Of a DNA stretch of 64,000 nt, positions 62,241-64,000 are shown piece by piece. Positions within the stretch are counted from its first letter, which is position 1; each line of letters starts with the position of its first letter. Under the pieces are notes generated by a model. The model ran no database searches. It was given only the letters and a program-made list of their open reading frames with translations, and was not told the origin of the DNA. Source of the DNA: a bacterium (lineage in GTDB: Bacteria; Sysuimicrobiota; Sysuimicrobiia; Sysuimicrobiales; Kaftiobacteriaceae); assembly GCA_035292085.1 (NCBI GenBank), contig DATDQT010000152.1:17828-81827 (forward strand), given 5' to 3'. The translations under genes and the position numbers were made by a program.

Positions 62241-62636
62241 CTAGTAGTTGTCCCAGTCCTTCTTCTCAACTTCCCAATCCGTCGGCCCGGCCGCTTTGAT
62301 CGAGATGTGCACAGTCCGGCTCGTCTTCGTCGCCCCGTGCCAGTGCCAGACGCCTCCTGGAATCACGGCAATTTCGCCCGCCCTCACTGTCCGCCGCTGG
62401 CCTTCCGTGACCACCAGGCCTTCTCCCTCAACGAAATACAGGACCTGGTCGGTCGAGTGGACGTGGGGGATCGTCCGGGCTCCGGCGTCAAAGAACACGG
62501 CCACGATTTCGGGGGCCCCGGCGGGTTGATTCGTGTGCAGCGGCTGCATCCGCACCGAACCCGAGAAGTACTGCGGACGGTCAGGCGGTCCCGCGCGCAC
62601 CCGGTCAGGCTTGAAGGTCTCCATGCTGCCAGACAC
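62241..62636 (-). CDS. Cupin domain protein
   Basis: 131 aa; the G....H.H......Y...G and P.G..H.H motif pair (IPHVHSTDQVLYFVEGEG ... IPGGVWHWHGA). Confidence 0.75.
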   Translation of the reverse strand: MSGSMETFKPDRVRAGPPDRPQYFSGSVRMQPLHTNQPAGAPEIVAVFFDAGARTIPHVHSTDQVLYFVEGEGLVVTEGQRRTVRAGEIAVIPGGVWHWHGATKTSRTVHISIKAAGPTDWEVEKKDWDNY

Positions 62637-62723
62637 CTTCCTCTTTCACAAGACCGTCCCTCCATTTAGTATGTAGAAGGCCATGTGCAGATGGCTTCCT
62701 ACATGAACGGGAGGATGCCCTTG

Positions 62724-63812
62724 ATGTCGACACTTCGTTCCCGCGTACTCGCGCTGACCGTACTGGTGTTGGTGCTGACGACTGCGGCAGGCGCGCAGCA
62801 GCAGGTAGTACGCCCGCCGGTCGCCCAGCTGTGGATCGACCTGGCCACCAACACGATCGCCGCTCCCGGCGGTCTGCGCCTGCCTTCGTTCGGAGGCGAG
62901 AACAGGTTCGGCAATACCCGCTTTGCGTTCGGCCGCTACATGGACGTCGCCCTGGCGGTCCGGACACGGCCCCAGGGGATTCAGGGCACCCAGAGCATCC
63001 CGCAGGGGATGCGCATGGGAGCCAGCCTGCCGCTGGATCCCTTCCGAGCCGCTCCGCCCGCGCCCGGCGGACCCGGCGATGCAAGCCAGGTGGAGCAGCC
63101 GAAGGGGCGGATCCTGTTCTACTGGGGCTGCAGCACCGACGTGCGGAGTGGACAGCCGCGCATCATCGACGTCTCGAGGGCCACGCCGCAGGAGTGGGCT
63201 TCGGTCTTCGCGGGACGGTACGCACCGGAGCGGGGAGCGACCGCGGAGGCAGGCCGCTCGATCTGGCCCAACGACCGCGACAAGCGGATGCTGCCCGACG
63301 GCAACTCGGTGCAGGGAGAGCACGCGATTGCAGGCGACAGCGTCCCCGCGGGGTTCCGCTTCATGATCGGACAGGCCCAGGACATCATGCCGGCCATCGA
63401 GTTGTCGCCGCAGGGCGACCCCGAGGCGAGCGTGACGCTGCAGTGGCGCGCCATCCCTACCGCCCGGGCCTACTTCATCAGCGCGTTCGGCGCGAAGGGC
63501 TCCGACTTCATCATCTGGAGCTCATCTGAGCTTCCGGAGGCCGGGATGGGGCTGCTGGACTATCTGTCCAACGCCAACATCGAACGCTGGACGGGCGAGC
63601 GGGTCCTCTTGTCGGCCTCGGCCACCCGGTGTGCGGTGCCGAGGGGCATCTTCGCCGGGACGGACGGTGCGATAGCCCGCATGATCGCGTACGGCGCGGA
63701 ACTCAACCTGGTTCAGCCGCCGCGGCCCACCGATCCGCGGACGCCGTGGGAGCAGCAGTGGGCAGTACGGGTGCGGGTGAAGAGCACGGTGATGACGGTC
63801 CTGGGTCAGTAA
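62724..63812 (+). CDS. Hypothetical secreted protein
   Basis: MSTLRSRVLALTVLVLVLTTAAGAQQ signal peptide. ATG 62724 lies 9 nt after GGGAGG. No family recognised. Confidence 0.55.
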   Translation: MSTLRSRVLALTVLVLVLTTAAGAQQQVVRPPVAQLWIDLATNTIAAPGGLRLPSFGGENRFGNTRFAFGRYMDVALAVRTRPQGIQGTQSIPQGMRMGASLPLDPFRAAPPAPGGPGDASQVEQPKGRILFYWGCSTDVRSGQPRIIDVSRATPQEWASVFAGRYAPERGATAEAGRSIWPNDRDKRMLPDGNSVQGEHAIAGDSVPAGFRFMIGQAQDIMPAIELSPQGDPEASVTLQWRAIPTARAYFISAFGAKGSDFIIWSSSELPEAGMGLLDYLSNANIERWTGERVLLSASATRCAVPRGIFAGTDGAIARMIAYGAELNLVQPPRPTDPRTPWEQQWAVRVRVKSTVMTVLGQ

Positions 63813-63832
63813 GTCCGGGCAGGCGGCAGGAT

Positions 63833-64000
63833 GTGAGCGGGCGGCCCAAGGCGAGGCGGCGCGCGCCGCCGGTGAATCTCGATGCGGCCGTCCCGCCGCC
63901 GCGGAGTGCGTACGCGGCGCAAGAGTGGCGCCTGATCCGCCGGTTGCGCACGCCGAAAGCGGTCCAGGACTGGCTGCGGAGCCTCCCCTACAACTGGGAG
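63833..64000 (+). CDS. Hypothetical protein, 5' fragment (runs off the window)
   Basis: GTG-initiated open frame VSGRPKARRRAPP...LRTPKAVQDWLRSLPYNWE with no stop before the window end. Weak evidence. Confidence 0.3.
   Translation, partial: MSGRPKARRRAPPVNLDAAVPPPRSAYAAQEWRLIRRLRTPKAVQDWLRSLPYNWE

Overview
High-GC (visually about 65-70% G+C) bacterial chromosomal segment, densely coding and mostly on the minus strand. All calls come from reading the translations and the DNA by eye; no searches were run. The core is a complete 14-gene NADH:quinone oxidoreductase operon, nuoA-N (23440-37476, minus). It is preceded by a MerR-family regulator and a NifS/IscS-type cysteine desulfurase, and followed directly by fixC and fixX. 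Other housekeeping content includes: lipB, a trans-sulfuration enzyme, an Fe(III)-type ABC importer with a divergent Fur-family regulator, TrpB2, an acyl-CoA dehydrogenase, M20 and S41 peptidases, ccdA, fpg, AlaX, lgt, thyA-folA, tag, a MacB-like ABC exporter, a Ski2/HelY-like helicase, a sarcosine-oxidase-like flavoenzyme, an RRM protein and a DEAD-box helicase. Main points worth a second look: (1) a TlpA/ResA-like thioredoxin-fold gene next to ccdA has an in-frame TGA exactly at the first Cys of WCxxC, so it is a probable selenoprotein that ORF callers split in two. (2) A CysO/ThiS-like sulfur-carrier domain ending in GG reads without a stop into a cysteine-synthase/CBS-family enzyme. (3) An HNH endonuclease gene with an A/T-richer flank sits between fixC and fixX. 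(4) An intact ISNCY/IS1202-like insertion sequence has 18-bp flanking direct repeats. (5) A family of 7-nt tandem repeats is dispersed through intergenic and coding DNA. (6) A repeat-dense inverted structure lies between the helicase and a zinc-ribbon ImmA/IrrE-like protease gene. (7) A 200-nt leader ending in an intrinsic terminator precedes a GNAT-GNAT-C45-TauE operon. (8) One protein looks LAGLIDADG-like but has both catalytic acidic residues substituted. (9) Two tiny hydrophobic ORFs have strong Shine-Dalgarno (SD) sites. I saw no rRNA, tRNA or CRISPR array. Many long ORFs in the supplied track are antisense shadows typical of high-GC DNA and were discarded.
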